Positions 20,120-30,332 of a DNA stretch of 64,000 bases are shown piece after piece (positions within the stretch are counted from its first letter, which is position 1; each line of letters begins with the position of its first letter). Below the pieces are notes generated by a model that saw only the letters and a program-made list of their open reading frames with translations, was not told the DNA's origin and made no database searches. A program made the translations under genes and the position numbers. This DNA is from an uncultured cyanobacterium (GTDB lineage Bacteria > Cyanobacteriota > Cyanobacteriia > Phormidesmidales > Phormidesmidaceae). The stretch is taken from the NCBI GenBank assembly GCA_963793265.1, contig CAWBZI010000001.1, positions 1,152,001 to 1,216,000 on the forward strand, given 5' to 3'.

Positions 20120-21043
20120 TTAAGTCTTGGGCGCAATAAAACAGACTACTCGAAAACCGAAGCTGCTGTTGCGGAAGTCGCGCGAATTCCTGTCGCGATC
20201 GGCCGCGCGGCAGTCCGTCGGGAGGCTGAACCACGAACCGCCCCGCAGCACTTTATTCGCGTCAGCAGATTCCCAAACACTTCCATCAGCAGGTGCGCCT
20301 TTATAAGACTCATGCCACCCGTCGAGGCACCATTCCCATACATTGCCGTGCATGTCATGTAAGCCAAAGCCATTAGACGGAAAGCTGCCTACGTCTATCG
20401 TTGTCTCGCGAAATTCGCCCTTTGGCCCTTTGCTGTAGTTGCATGAATAAGTTTCGTTTTGATATTCCCAGTCTGTCCCTCGGTAGTTTTCTAAATTGGT
20501 TGTGATAGTCGGCCCAAAGTGAAAAGGCGTTGTTGTCCTCGCGCGGCAGGCATATTCCCACTGCGCTTCGCTGGGTAAAGTATACGACGCTCGTTTTGAG
20601 CGGTGCGATAGCCGTTTACAAAACTCTACCGCCTCCTCCCAGTTAACTCCTTCAACCGGACGTTGTGCACCTTTAAAGTATGCCGGATCTTTCTCCAAGT
20701 CGCGCTCTATCTTATTCATCGCTGCCACCGCCGCCCACTGCGCTTGAGTCACCGCAAGCTTGCCCATCCAAAACTCAGGCATCCTCACCTCATGCTGCGG
20801 ATACTCATCCTGACTAGCGCCTTCTTCTCCTGATGCTGCCCCCATTAAAAACTTTCCACCCGGAATCCGCACCATTTCTAAGCCGATATCATTGCCGAGC
20901 GCTTCAGTAAAATGCTCCGCCGTACCTGGAATCTTCTCAACCTCTTCGCCTTGCTCATTCACTCGCACGCTCTCAAAGCTGAAGGTAGGGTATTGAACAA
21001 CTTTCTCTAAAGTCTTGTATGCCTCCGGCTCAGTCGTCCCGAT
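20120..21043 (-). CDS. FGE-sulfatase (SUMF1) domain; likely the C-terminal part of the caspase gene beyond a frameshift
   Basis: MVRIPGGKFLMG, VTQAQW, LPSEAQWEYACRA, DMHGNVWEW, RGGSW and GFRVV. The frame is open back to 21043 (…PTFSFESVRVNEQGE) with no ATG before the domain's N-terminal segment. Confidence 0.85.
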   Translation of the reverse strand: MGTTEPEAYKTLEKVVQYPTFSFESVRVNEQGEEVEKIPGTAEHFTEALGNDIGLEMVRIPGGKFLMGAASGEEGASQDEYPQHEVRMPEFWMGKLAVTQAQWAAVAAMNKIERDLEKDPAYFKGAQRPVEGVNWEEAVEFCKRLSHRSKRASYTLPSEAQWEYACRARTTTPFHFGPTITTNLENYRGTDWEYQNETYSCNYSKGPKGEFRETTIDVGSFPSNGFGLHDMHGNVWEWCLDGWHESYKGAPADGSVWESADANKVLRGGSWFSLPTDCRAADRDRNSRDFRNSSFGFRVVCFIAPKT

Positions 21044-22160
21044 TCAGGAACATTACTCTCATCCGTTCTCCCAAAACCTTCTTTTCTTCAGCTTGCACAT
21101 CTTTATCGGTAAGGCCAAACGTTCGCTGCAAGCTTTTGAACGACTCAATTACATCATCGTCAAAAGGATAGGCCACCGCTTTTTCTTCTTTCAAAGCTTC
21201 AGCATAAAACGCTAGATGTTTCAGTTTTTCTCTATGCGGCCTCAACACCTCATCGATAATCTCTTTTACTAGCTCAGGCGTAATGCCAAGCTGCGGTTGC
21301 CAGTGTTGCACCAACTCCATGCGAGCCGCCGCATTAATTCGCCCATTGCGAGTCATTTTCTGCACTCGCTTGCGATAGCGCTGCACATTATCCACCTGAG
21401 CTTTTGCCACCCAAATATTTTCGCCTGCCTGCCCGTTAAAGATGGTAGGCTCCATCGTCGGTGCCGCCCCAATCACTCGCTTTTCCACATAGTCGTGCCA
21501 GTGCCGCACCGACACAAACTCACGCCCATCTAGCGCCGCGCCTCCGGTTTGCAATCCTTCTACCAGATAGCGAGTATATACAGACAGCTCCTCACCGATC
21601 TGCTCTAGGGCATAGCGCCGAGAAGTAGCCGCCGTCATCACGCACCAGCCCTTACCGCCTAGCTGCGCTTCCACGTCCATGCTGCCGTCATCCATTGTCA
21701 AAAAGCCATCGGCAAAGGCTGCGCCGAAACAACAGTCTAAAACAACAACTTTACGCTCAGCACCGCAGATTCTCAGTACGCCCTTGATAAAATCTGCTTC
21801 AACGGCTGTACCCGTGCTAAGCTGGCCGGTTTTGTGCAGCTTTGATTGCGCGGTTGTGAGATAAAACTTGTCTGTAAGATCCTTAATGCCATGGCCTGTG
21901 AAGTACAGGAGGGCCAGGTCATCTTTGCGAAGTGACTCAAATGTGTCGCTGATGCGCGATCGCATCTCCCCCACATCCGGGTTAATCAGCGACACCACCT
22001 CAAACCCACCAATAGCAGCATCACCCAACACCGCCGCCATCGCCGCCACCCCCTTAGCAGGACATTGCAACGAAGGCAGTCCCTCGCCATAGCTTCCTAC
22101 ACCAATAAGCAGCGCAACTTTCCTACCCGCTTTCTCTGACATACCTACTTCAGCCAACAT
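21030..22160 (-). CDS. Caspase-like (peptidase C14) protein, N-terminal part
   Basis: KVALLIGV, YFTGHG (His) and VLDCCF (Cys) dyad, SVYTRYLVEGL. Confidence 0.9.
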   Translation of the reverse strand: MLAEVGMSEKAGRKVALLIGVGSYGEGLPSLQCPAKGVAAMAAVLGDAAIGGFEVVSLINPDVGEMRSRISDTFESLRKDDLALLYFTGHGIKDLTDKFYLTTAQSKLHKTGQLSTGTAVEADFIKGVLRICGAERKVVVLDCCFGAAFADGFLTMDDGSMDVEAQLGGKGWCVMTAATSRRYALEQIGEELSVYTRYLVEGLQTGGAALDGREFVSVRHWHDYVEKRVIGAAPTMEPTIFNGQAGENIWVAKAQVDNVQRYRKRVQKMTRNGRINAAARMELVQHWQPQLGITPELVKEIIDEVLRPHREKLKHLAFYAEALKEEKAVAYPFDDDVIESFKSLQRTFGLTDKDVQAEEKKVLGERMRVMFLNRDD

Positions 22161-22177
22161 CCCCCAGCCATCAAAAT

Positions 22178-22564
22178 CTAGTCCTTAAGCGCCTGATTCA
22201 GGCTTCGTACCTTTTCCTCTACCGCATCAATATCCTGTATCCGTACGCCCTTTATCTCAATTTTGCGCCCATCCCGCTCTATCAAAATATCTATCGGCTT
22301 CCCCGGCAGTCGCTCAAACACTTCCTGCAATGCCACCTTAATGCCCTCACCCGGAATCTCAGCCGTAATCACACCCCACAGCCAGGCTCCTACCCCCATA
22401 CCACCCTCTGGCACATCAGCATCCGACACCCGCTCTACTGTTTCTACCGCATCTACCCGCCGCAGCTCCTTCAGCAGCGTTTGCGTTAGTGCTTCCTGCT
22501 GAGCCTCAGGCATATCGCGATCAGCCTCGCGCCAGTCAACGGTGAGCTGTACAGAATTAGACAT
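22178..22564 (-). CDS. EACC1-like small protein upstream of the caspase
   Basis: LT..LLKELRR.D.V..V...PEGGMG..WLWGVI...KIEIKG pattern, placed directly upstream of a caspase gene. Confidence 0.65.
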   Translation of the reverse strand: MSNSVQLTVDWREADRDMPEAQQEALTQTLLKELRRVDAVETVERVSDADVPEGGMGVGAWLWGVITAEIPGEGIKVALQEVFERLPGKPIDILIERDGRKIEIKGVRIQDIDAVEEKVRSLNQALKD

Positions 22565-22675
22565 ATGAAATCTTACAAATAAATAGATATGATACGTTAT
22601 TTCATAGTTGTGTGCGAATTAGCGCGATCTACGTCTGTAGCTATAGGTTCCGGTAACAAATCGCACTTAACCACG

Positions 22676-23101
22676 ATGATGCTCGCTAATTCATTAAAAC
22701 CACTTACCCGCTACCGCATTTTCTGTTCTGTTGTAATAGCAATCCTTGTCGCCCTCGGGCTCGGTAGCAAAGTCTATAGCGGCTGGGCGCAGGGCTGGGT
22801 CAACCACTCTAGCGGTGATGTGCTCTACGAAATGCTTTGGATTTGGCTGGTGGGCAGTTGGAGGGTGCGATGGTCGGTTAAAAGAATTGTGATCGCGACC
22901 TTCCTCATCACCGCTATCATTGAATTCACCCAGCTCATCCCCTTCCCCGCCGTCTGGCAGGCTCAGCTCTGGTGGCGCTTACTACTCGGCTCCACCTTTA
23001 CGCTAGGCGACTTTTTTCACTACGCCATAGGCTGCATACTAGGCGCATTTACTCTAATCTGGACACAGCGCCGATTAATCCCGTCTTACAAAACTCGATA
23101 G
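22676..23101 (+). CDS. DUF2809-like membrane protein
   Basis: GDVLY, IEFTQL, LLLGSTF...D..HYAIG; hydrophobic segments. Confidence 0.75.
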   Translation: MMLANSLKPLTRYRIFCSVVIAILVALGLGSKVYSGWAQGWVNHSSGDVLYEMLWIWLVGSWRVRWSVKRIVIATFLITAIIEFTQLIPFPAVWQAQLWWRLLLGSTFTLGDFFHYAIGCILGAFTLIWTQRRLIPSYKTR

Positions 23102-23112
23102 GAGATAAACAT

Positions 23113-23694
23113 ATGGCGATCGCAACCTCGACAACAACTCTCACAACCGCCCTCAAAGAATGGTCAGTCGCCGTCGATGCCCTAGCAAACGGCGAAACTA
23201 TCCTACTCCTGCGCAAAGGCGGCATCAAAGAAAGTCAGGGTAAATTCTCAGCCCAGGCCGAGCGCGCTATTCTCTTTCCCACCTTTGAGCACCAAAAACC
23301 CGAACTGCTCAAGCCTCAATACCAAGCCGCCGCCACACCCGTTACCAAAGGCTGGCACCCCGACCATATCACCCTCAAGGCTTGGGCTCACATCACTCAT
23401 ATCTTTCTCACAGACGAAGCCGACAAAGTTGCTGCCCTTACCCCCTTTCATGTTTGGCAGAACAACCTAGCTCAGGAGCGTTTGAAGTGGAAGCCCAAAC
23501 AGCCGCTATATGTACTCGCGCTACGCGCCTACCGCTTTGCCAAGGCAATTGAGCTGCCTTGGGATGATAGTTATGGTGGCTGTAAGTCTTGGGTAGAGAT
23601 TAATGAAGAGATTGAGGTAGATGAGGCAAAAGCGGCGATCGCACAGGCAGATTATCTAAAGAAGGTAGAGGCGATCGCCCAAATCCTCCGCTAA
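23113..23694 (+). CDS. DUF1802 family protein
   Basis: ALKEW, LLRKGGIKE, LFPTFEHQ and YGGCKSWV; GGAG SD upstream. Confidence 0.85.
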   Translation: MAIATSTTTLTTALKEWSVAVDALANGETILLLRKGGIKESQGKFSAQAERAILFPTFEHQKPELLKPQYQAAATPVTKGWHPDHITLKAWAHITHIFLTDEADKVAALTPFHVWQNNLAQERLKWKPKQPLYVLALRAYRFAKAIELPWDDSYGGCKSWVEINEEIEVDEAKAAIAQADYLKKVEAIAQILR

Positions 23695-23700
23695 AACAAC

Positions 23701-25716
23701 CTAAGCTCTCGTAGCCGTCACTGGCAAAGGCACATTCTCACTGTGATCCGACTTCTCTCCTAGATCGCCCTCTGCCGTCTCGTTATTCGCCACCACCAGC
23801 CGAGGCACCACAATTGTCACCACCGACCCCTTACCTGCCCCGTCACTACTGATCGTAATATCGCCCTGCATCAGCCGCATAAAGTTCTGAGAAATCGCCA
23901 GCCCTAAGCCCGTGCCCTCATAGGCTCGCGTACGTGAACCATCCACCATCACAAATGGCTTAAACAGCTTCGGCAAACTCTCAGGCGCAATCCCAATCCC
24001 CGAATCTCTCACGATAATTTTCACCCATGGCCCAGACGGCATCATCAAATCGCCAGCAGCCTCATCGCCGTTCTCACCTGCAGTTGTTCTACCACACATC
24101 TCATCGGTTACAACGCTAACCAAAACACCGCCCTCATCTGTGAACTTCATTGCGTTCGAGAGCACATTCAACAACACCTGCTTAAAGCGAGAGAGATCGA
24201 CCGGCACCGTAATCGGCCCAGTCATCTCTGGCCGCACAAGCTGCAACCCCTTCTGTTGAAACAAAAACACCTGCATATCTAAAACGTCTTGTAAAACCGA
24301 TCGCAAATCGACCGAAACCACATTCATATCCAGCGTGCCAGCCTCGATTTTGGCAATATTCAAGATATCTTCAATCACTGATAGCAAGTGCAGCGCCGCC
24401 TTGTCAGCCTGCTGCAAAAACTCCATCTCCTCTTCTCGCGAATCGCAAAGATCGTCCTTAATCACGCGAATAGAGCCAATAATCCCATTCAGCGGCGTCC
24501 GCAGCTCGTGCGACGTGTTTGCTAAAAACTCATTCTTAAGCTGATTAGCCGTTTGCGCATCGTGCCAGGCCCTACGCAGCTCAGCCGAATTCTCCTCTAG
24601 CCGTCGCAGCGTTCGCTCTAGCACCCGCCCCAAATAGTCCAGCTCCCAAATATTAGACGCCTGCGGAGCCGCCTTCAGCTCCGACAAATCGCCTACACCC
24701 TGCGCGTAGCGAATCAACCTTTCTATTGGCAGCGAAAAACTGCGCGCCACATACACTGCCAATAGCGTACTCGTCACAATTAGCCCAACCGTAATCCAGG
24801 CCAGCACCGTGCGAATTTCATCCAAACCAGAAAGCGCACGGTCAATCGGCGTTACCGTCAGCACCGTCCACAGATTGTTCTGCTTTGGGCTTACTGGCAC
24901 CGTAAACCCGCTATAGCCCGCCAGCCACTCCTCACCATCTGGCGGTCGAAAGCGAAAGAGATGCGCAAAATGATCTTCGCCCGCCCTCACGTTACCAATC
25001 ACACTTGTTAGCTTTTCAGACTCTTGCAGCTCAGAAACTGCCTTCCCCACCTGCTCAGGATCAGGATGAGTCACCACCACATCGTTAGGATCAATAATGA
25101 CCGTTTCACCCACCAGCGACTGGTCGTTAATATCTTGAAGCTGCGATATGCACACCTCCATGGCCAGGGTGTAGCGCAGCTTGCCATCGTCCGCGCCATA
25201 AATCGGACTAGCCACTACAAACTTGATGATGGCGCGATCAGGATCAGGCGATGCCATCGGAGCCTTAGAGCCTGGCGAAAAGACAAAAAAGTCAGAGTTG
25301 TCTATGCTGTCGTCTTGTAGCCATGGCACCTGCTTTGGGCTCGGGATAATAGAGCGATCGCACGTATTCACCGTCGCCGCCTCAGCCAAAGGAGCCATCA
25401 GCTCCACACAGCTAATTTGATAGGGCGAATCTTCCTCAAACCGATACAGCAGCTTTCTAATACCGTCTACGTCGCCGCTCTGAAACGCCGTCGTCTGCGC
25501 CACCAAATCCATATTGGCTTCAATCGAGCCAATGCCCGTATCTAGCTCTTCGGCCTTACGAATAGCGCTGCTGGTCAAATTTTGCCGCGCCGTTGTCAGC
25601 AGGCTGGTTCGGGCCTTGCGCAAAGCCACCCACTGCCCAGCCACCAGAATGGGCAGTGTAAACGCTAGAATTTTGAGCAGCAGATTGCGCCGAAAGGAGC
25701 GCGGACGGTTAGCCAT
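23701..25716 (-). CDS. Membrane sensor histidine kinase (Cache-HAMP-HisKA-HATPase)
   Basis: Two TM helices, FLANTSHELRTPL, NVLSNAMKFT, DSGIGI and GTGLGL; start could instead be TTG25746. Confidence 0.92.
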   Translation of the reverse strand: MANRPRSFRRNLLLKILAFTLPILVAGQWVALRKARTSLLTTARQNLTSSAIRKAEELDTGIGSIEANMDLVAQTTAFQSGDVDGIRKLLYRFEEDSPYQISCVELMAPLAEAATVNTCDRSIIPSPKQVPWLQDDSIDNSDFFVFSPGSKAPMASPDPDRAIIKFVVASPIYGADDGKLRYTLAMEVCISQLQDINDQSLVGETVIIDPNDVVVTHPDPEQVGKAVSELQESEKLTSVIGNVRAGEDHFAHLFRFRPPDGEEWLAGYSGFTVPVSPKQNNLWTVLTVTPIDRALSGLDEIRTVLAWITVGLIVTSTLLAVYVARSFSLPIERLIRYAQGVGDLSELKAAPQASNIWELDYLGRVLERTLRRLEENSAELRRAWHDAQTANQLKNEFLANTSHELRTPLNGIIGSIRVIKDDLCDSREEEMEFLQQADKAALHLLSVIEDILNIAKIEAGTLDMNVVSVDLRSVLQDVLDMQVFLFQQKGLQLVRPEMTGPITVPVDLSRFKQVLLNVLSNAMKFTDEGGVLVSVVTDEMCGRTTAGENGDEAAGDLMMPSGPWVKIIVRDSGIGIAPESLPKLFKPFVMVDGSRTRAYEGTGLGLAISQNFMRLMQGDITISSDGAGKGSVVTIVVPRLVVANNETAEGDLGEKSDHSENVPLPVTATRA

Positions 25717-26017
25717 AGCGACTTTAAAAACAGTGGGCTCAAACAACCAGGGAAAGAAAAACGCTCAGCCGCTCTTAGTGATCGCAGCGGATTTACCGAG
25801 ATAGCATCAGCTCAAACAAGCAATATTACGAAAGACACGCTGTAAAAACCTCCAAACCCTCTATCTGTTTTGACCTGCCTATTTTATCGATCAAATTCGT
25901 ACCCTTACGTAATTTGGCCGAAAAGTTAGCCGGTACTCTTATAAAGATAAATAATCTGGTATAAATTACAACCCTACTTGATACACCCACGCTTAGGTAA
26001 ATATAGGCTGTTAGTCC

Positions 26018-26749
26018 ATGCAGAAGCAACCCCGCCCGCACATTACAGCCATCCTAGCCATGAGCGCCGACGGCAAAATCGCCGACGCCACCCGCTCAGC
26101 CGCCCGCTTTCCCTCAGCCGCCGACCAGGCTCACCTAGAAGCGCAGGTTGCCAAAGCCGACGCCACCCTATTTGGAGCCGGAACCCTCAGAGCCTACGGC
26201 ACCACGCTCTCAGTCACCAATCCAGACTTACTTGAGCAGCGGCGCGATCGCCATCAGCCCGCACAACCCGCCCAAATCGTCTGTACCGCCACCGGCAACC
26301 TCGACCCCCACTGTCGCTTTTTCCAGCAGCCCATCCCCCGCTGGCTCCTCACCACCCCCGAAGGTCTACAAGATTGGAAATCTCGCGATCCCGCGCCCAA
26401 TGCCTTTGAGCACATTCAAATTAACGAGCGCCCCTTCAACTGGGAAAAGGTGATGCAGGACTTGTATGCAGGGAAAGTTGCGCTATCTGGGAGAGGCGAT
26501 CGCCCCCCGATCAAAAATCTCCTTATCATGGGCGGCGGCGAGCTAGTCGCCTCACTCCTGGCAGACAATCTGCTCGACGAGCTGCATCTGACCATTTGCC
26601 CTTTACTCATTGGTGGAAAAACTGCACCGACACCCGTAGGCGGATTAGGGTTTGTGCTGCCGAATACGCCTCAGCTTAAGCTACAGTCCACGCGAGTAGA
26701 AGGTGATGAAGTTTTTTTGCACTACGCATGTCAAGCTACAATTAAGTGA
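26018..26749 (+). CDS. RibD C-terminal (DHFR-like) reductase domain protein
   Basis: AMSADGKI, GAGTLR, MGGGEL and LLDELHLTICP. Confidence 0.88.
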   Translation: MQKQPRPHITAILAMSADGKIADATRSAARFPSAADQAHLEAQVAKADATLFGAGTLRAYGTTLSVTNPDLLEQRRDRHQPAQPAQIVCTATGNLDPHCRFFQQPIPRWLLTTPEGLQDWKSRDPAPNAFEHIQINERPFNWEKVMQDLYAGKVALSGRGDRPPIKNLLIMGGGELVASLLADNLLDELHLTICPLLIGGKTAPTPVGGLGFVLPNTPQLKLQSTRVEGDEVFLHYACQATIK

Positions 26750-26785
26750 AGACAGTTAGCAAATCAATCGGGGAGAAAACTTGTC

Positions 26786-27034
26786 ATGACTCATATTGAA
26801 GAGCAAGTCGTAGACGGCCTCAGAGTTTTGCCTCTTGAAAAACAGCAGAAGGTTTTGGACTTCGTTGAAGCACTTAGGTCAAATTCGGCTGTTCAAAAGA
26901 GTGAATCTATACCCGACAGCAAGACTTTTATCTCTTTCGCAGAAGCAGCTCATAAATACATTGGGTCTGTAGATAGCGGTCATACCGATCTCTCTACGAA
27001 CAAGAAGCATATGGAAGATTTCGGAAAAGTATGA
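26786..27034 (+). CDS. Putative antitoxin (DUF2281-like)
   Basis: LPLEKQQKVLDFVEAL and DLSTNKKHMEDFG; ATGA overlap with the PIN gene. Confidence 0.75.
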   Translation: MTHIEEQVVDGLRVLPLEKQQKVLDFVEALRSNSAVQKSESIPDSKTFISFAEAAHKYIGSVDSGHTDLSTNKKHMEDFGKV

Positions 27035-27462
27035 ACAATCAGGTTGTGATAGACGCAGGGCCTTTGGTTGCTTCTATAGATCGTCGAGATGATTTTCATC
27101 AATGGGCTAAGGCAGCTTTAGGCACTGTTCGATATCCTATCTTTACCTGTGAGCCTGTCATCACAGAGTCCTGCTTTCTTTTACGAAAAACTGACGGTGC
27201 AGTACTCAATCTCCTTTCTTTAATCAGCGAAGGACTCATCCGTATTAATTTCTCCGTAGATGAGAATGCTAATGCGTTAAGTGCTTTAATGGCTCGCTAC
27301 AAGTCCGTTCCAATGTCTTTGGCTGATGCCTGTCTCGTCAGAATGGCGGAGCTGAATTCGAGCAGTGTGGTCATGACAATCGATAGCGATTTCACAATTT
27401 ACCGGATGCATCGCAATCAGCCTATTTCGATAATTATGCCGGAAGATCGACAAAGCTATTGA
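27031..27462 (+). CDS. PIN-domain toxin
   Basis: IDAGPLVA, TCEPVITE, MSLADACLV and TIDSDF. Confidence 0.88.
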   Translation: MNNQVVIDAGPLVASIDRRDDFHQWAKAALGTVRYPIFTCEPVITESCFLLRKTDGAVLNLLSLISEGLIRINFSVDENANALSALMARYKSVPMSLADACLVRMAELNSSSVVMTIDSDFTIYRMHRNQPISIIMPEDRQSY

Positions 27463-30332
27463 TGCTCCAAGACCCACTGATGGAAAAGAGGTACGATGAT
27501 TTTCCATTTACCATCAGCTTCGCTGACAACATCGTGACGCTTCAGCGTCTTAAGCGCTTTATCAATCTCATTTTCTTCGAGTCTGCTCTTTCTGCGAATA
27601 TCTGAGAGGTTTCTACCCTCAATTTTCTCTGCCAGCACTTGCAAAATTTCCTGCTGACCTGGAGCATCTTGAGCAGCTTGTTTCCAAACGCCTGTGAAAT
27701 AGTAGCGGCCTTTGGCGAAAAAGTCACTATGGTAGATAACGGTGTTGAGGTCGTCGAGGGTGAAGATGGGTGAGCGATCGCGGCCCTCATCAAATACCTG
27801 ATGGTTGTAATGACGCACGAGCTGAGAGCCGATGAGCTGAGTAAGGTAGGGCTGGCCTGCCGTGAGCCGATAGATCTCGTTGAGTGTCTCGGGTTTGTAG
27901 TCAAGCGTGAAATCTTCATCAGGGTTGGCGAGCAGTTCGCGAGTTTCGCCTATGCTAAAAAAGCGGATGGGAATGGTTATAACACTGGCGAATAGTGGAT
28001 TGAAGTAGTCTTCAGTCATTTCTTCAAGGGTATGCAGACCTGCAAAGGCAAAGGCAACGTTGAAATATTCCTGTAGCAGACCCCGCAAGAAGCCCAAGAA
28101 GTCGGGACTGAGAGCGTTAGTTGAGATAAGTTCTTCTATTTTCTCGAATTCGTCTAAGGCAATGATTAGACCTTGACCCGGATTGAACTGCTGGCTGATA
28201 GAGCGAATAAAGCGTTGAAAGGTAACAGACGGTAGTCGTAGAAAGTCTTCGTCGGATGGTGGTGAAATTGAGACAGTCTGGCTGATAGCGTCGCTAAGCG
28301 CAATTAAAACTTCGCTTTCTCCTTGGTCTGTAGAGACAGCACCTAAGTTAAGCAAATTTATATAGGCAACTTTAATACTGCTGCCTAAATAGCTCGACAA
28401 ATTTTTAAGAATAGAAGTTTTACCCATACGGCGATGGCCGTAGAGCACAACAGACTGAAGCTGATTGCTCATCAGCCAAAGTTCTTCGAGCTGTTTGATA
28501 ACCTGTCCACGACCTACGAATAGATTTCCTTCTACGGGGTCGCCTGCTACGTATGGATTATGAATAGGCTGTGTATGAGTAATCTCTCCTATGTCGGTTG
28601 CAATAGCTAGTAGTTTTTCTTGCCAAGATTCGGTAATAGAAGCGACTAGCTTTCTTTCAGCTTGAGGAACGCGATCTATTTTTTGAGCGATTTCTGTCAG
28701 CTTGCCGAGGGCTCGATTGAGTGCCAGGGAGCGGTTAGAACGCGAATAGCTTTGATAGACAAGCTGGGCATCATCAACAGTGCTACGGAGGCGAGATATA
28801 GTTGACCATGTATCAGAACGCAGTAGTCGAGAGCTAGGAATAGTCAATATCTCAATTAGTTTGCTGTCATTTAGTTGATCTGCATGTAGAGCAGCCGATA
28901 GGCAATTTGCAAGATGATACATCTCTTCTCCATGAGGCAGATGACGCACTTTTGAGAATGCTTCAGATGACTTAGCAGGCTTATTTTGATACAGATATAA
29001 GAATCCCGCTGCTGTTGCTCGGGCTGGTGTATTGATACGAATAGATGTATCGATATAGGATTGCAATCGTCGCTTTACAGAAGATGGTAGATAGACCAAG
29101 CTCTGAATTGAGCGAGCCTTCAATTCATTAGATAACGACACGGAAACATATCTGATGATATCCCAATCAAAAGGATCGTCTGCTAGCTGCGAAATTCTAA
29201 GCAATAGAACATCACCTGATAGCGTCCTGAGACTACGGTTAATTGCTTTAACGATAGGAATAAACTGTTGAGTGTAAGTTAGTAACTCATTAATATTGTG
29301 GAGAGCAGTCACCCAGTCATGATGCAGCCACTTGAATATCTGAGAAGACAGACCTATTAAAGGGATAGGTGTTACATGTCCGAATTGCTTTGAACGGTGC
29401 GAAGGTATAATCCTTAATAAAGACACTAATATCCATTGATCCGGCCTTAGAATTAATACATTCAAAGCTGCTGCTGGCAAAACATATAATCCTGAAAAGA
29501 ACAAAACAACTAATACAATACCTACAACTACTGTAAATACTGATCCGAGAGGCGGCACCAACATTACAGTAAGTCCAAAGTACGTTCCCGTGATAATTAG
29601 TAAAAGTATTAAAGATAGAATAGATGCGATACTATACGTTAAGTTGATCAAGAAGTATGATGCAATGCTTGTGATTGCACTTGATGAAGCTATAAAAGCA
29701 ATAAGTGCTGGAACAAGGAAGGAGAGTAAAAGAAGCCGTGGCCTTTCTGCTACGAAAGTTGCAAACCCGGATGAGAAAATTTCTGTTAAGCTACTCGATA
29801 TAAATACTTGTGAAACAGCAGCGACAATTAAAAACATAACAATTATTCGTAAGTCATCGCCAGATAATGGCCTAGAGTCCTCAGACCTTTCCAAAGGCGA
29901 GGATTTCCTATTAGGCCTAAGTCTGATCGGGTTTGCGCTAATAAGACCGACTGAAACACCAACCGCAACCGCAAGCGTACATCCGAGTGTGCCAATCACC
30001 GAAGAGTCGATTCTATGAAAGAAGATAAGTCCTATAAGCAAACTAGCTATTGTCAGATATCTCTTGTGCAATCCAAAGTAGCTTTGAAAAGCCCATTGCC
30101 AGTAAGACCAACGTATGTACCAATCTTCACGTTGACTGAGATCTATCTTGTTGAGTTCACTTAAGCGATTAGGCGAGCTGAGGCGACTAAACGATATGAC
30201 GCTCCACCTCAACGCTTGAGGGAAAAAAGCTACCCAGTATAGAAGGTGTACATAATCAAACGGATTCCATAGAGACAAGGGATTGCGACGCTTGGGCGCT
30301 AAATTTAGTCGAGGAACGATGTGCGTGCTCAT
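27456..30332 (-). CDS. Multi-TM plus helical region plus STAND-like P-loop ATPase with C-terminal wHTH
   Basis: About 6 hydrophobic helices; NPYVAG.P...FVGR, GHRRMGKTS (Walker A), IALDEFE (Walker B) and TAGQPYL. Confidence 0.85.
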   Translation of the reverse strand: MSTHIVPRLNLAPKRRNPLSLWNPFDYVHLLYWVAFFPQALRWSVISFSRLSSPNRLSELNKIDLSQREDWYIRWSYWQWAFQSYFGLHKRYLTIASLLIGLIFFHRIDSSVIGTLGCTLAVAVGVSVGLISANPIRLRPNRKSSPLERSEDSRPLSGDDLRIIVMFLIVAAVSQVFISSSLTEIFSSGFATFVAERPRLLLLSFLVPALIAFIASSSAITSIASYFLINLTYSIASILSLILLLIITGTYFGLTVMLVPPLGSVFTVVVGIVLVVLFFSGLYVLPAAALNVLILRPDQWILVSLLRIIPSHRSKQFGHVTPIPLIGLSSQIFKWLHHDWVTALHNINELLTYTQQFIPIVKAINRSLRTLSGDVLLLRISQLADDPFDWDIIRYVSVSLSNELKARSIQSLVYLPSSVKRRLQSYIDTSIRINTPARATAAGFLYLYQNKPAKSSEAFSKVRHLPHGEEMYHLANCLSAALHADQLNDSKLIEILTIPSSRLLRSDTWSTISRLRSTVDDAQLVYQSYSRSNRSLALNRALGKLTEIAQKIDRVPQAERKLVASITESWQEKLLAIATDIGEITHTQPIHNPYVAGDPVEGNLFVGRGQVIKQLEELWLMSNQLQSVVLYGHRRMGKTSILKNLSSYLGSSIKVAYINLLNLGAVSTDQGESEVLIALSDAISQTVSISPPSDEDFLRLPSVTFQRFIRSISQQFNPGQGLIIALDEFEKIEELISTNALSPDFLGFLRGLLQEYFNVAFAFAGLHTLEEMTEDYFNPLFASVITIPIRFFSIGETRELLANPDEDFTLDYKPETLNEIYRLTAGQPYLTQLIGSQLVRHYNHQVFDEGRDRSPIFTLDDLNTVIYHSDFFAKGRYYFTGVWKQAAQDAPGQQEILQVLAEKIEGRNLSDIRRKSRLEENEIDKALKTLKRHDVVSEADGKWKIIVPLFHQWVLEHQ

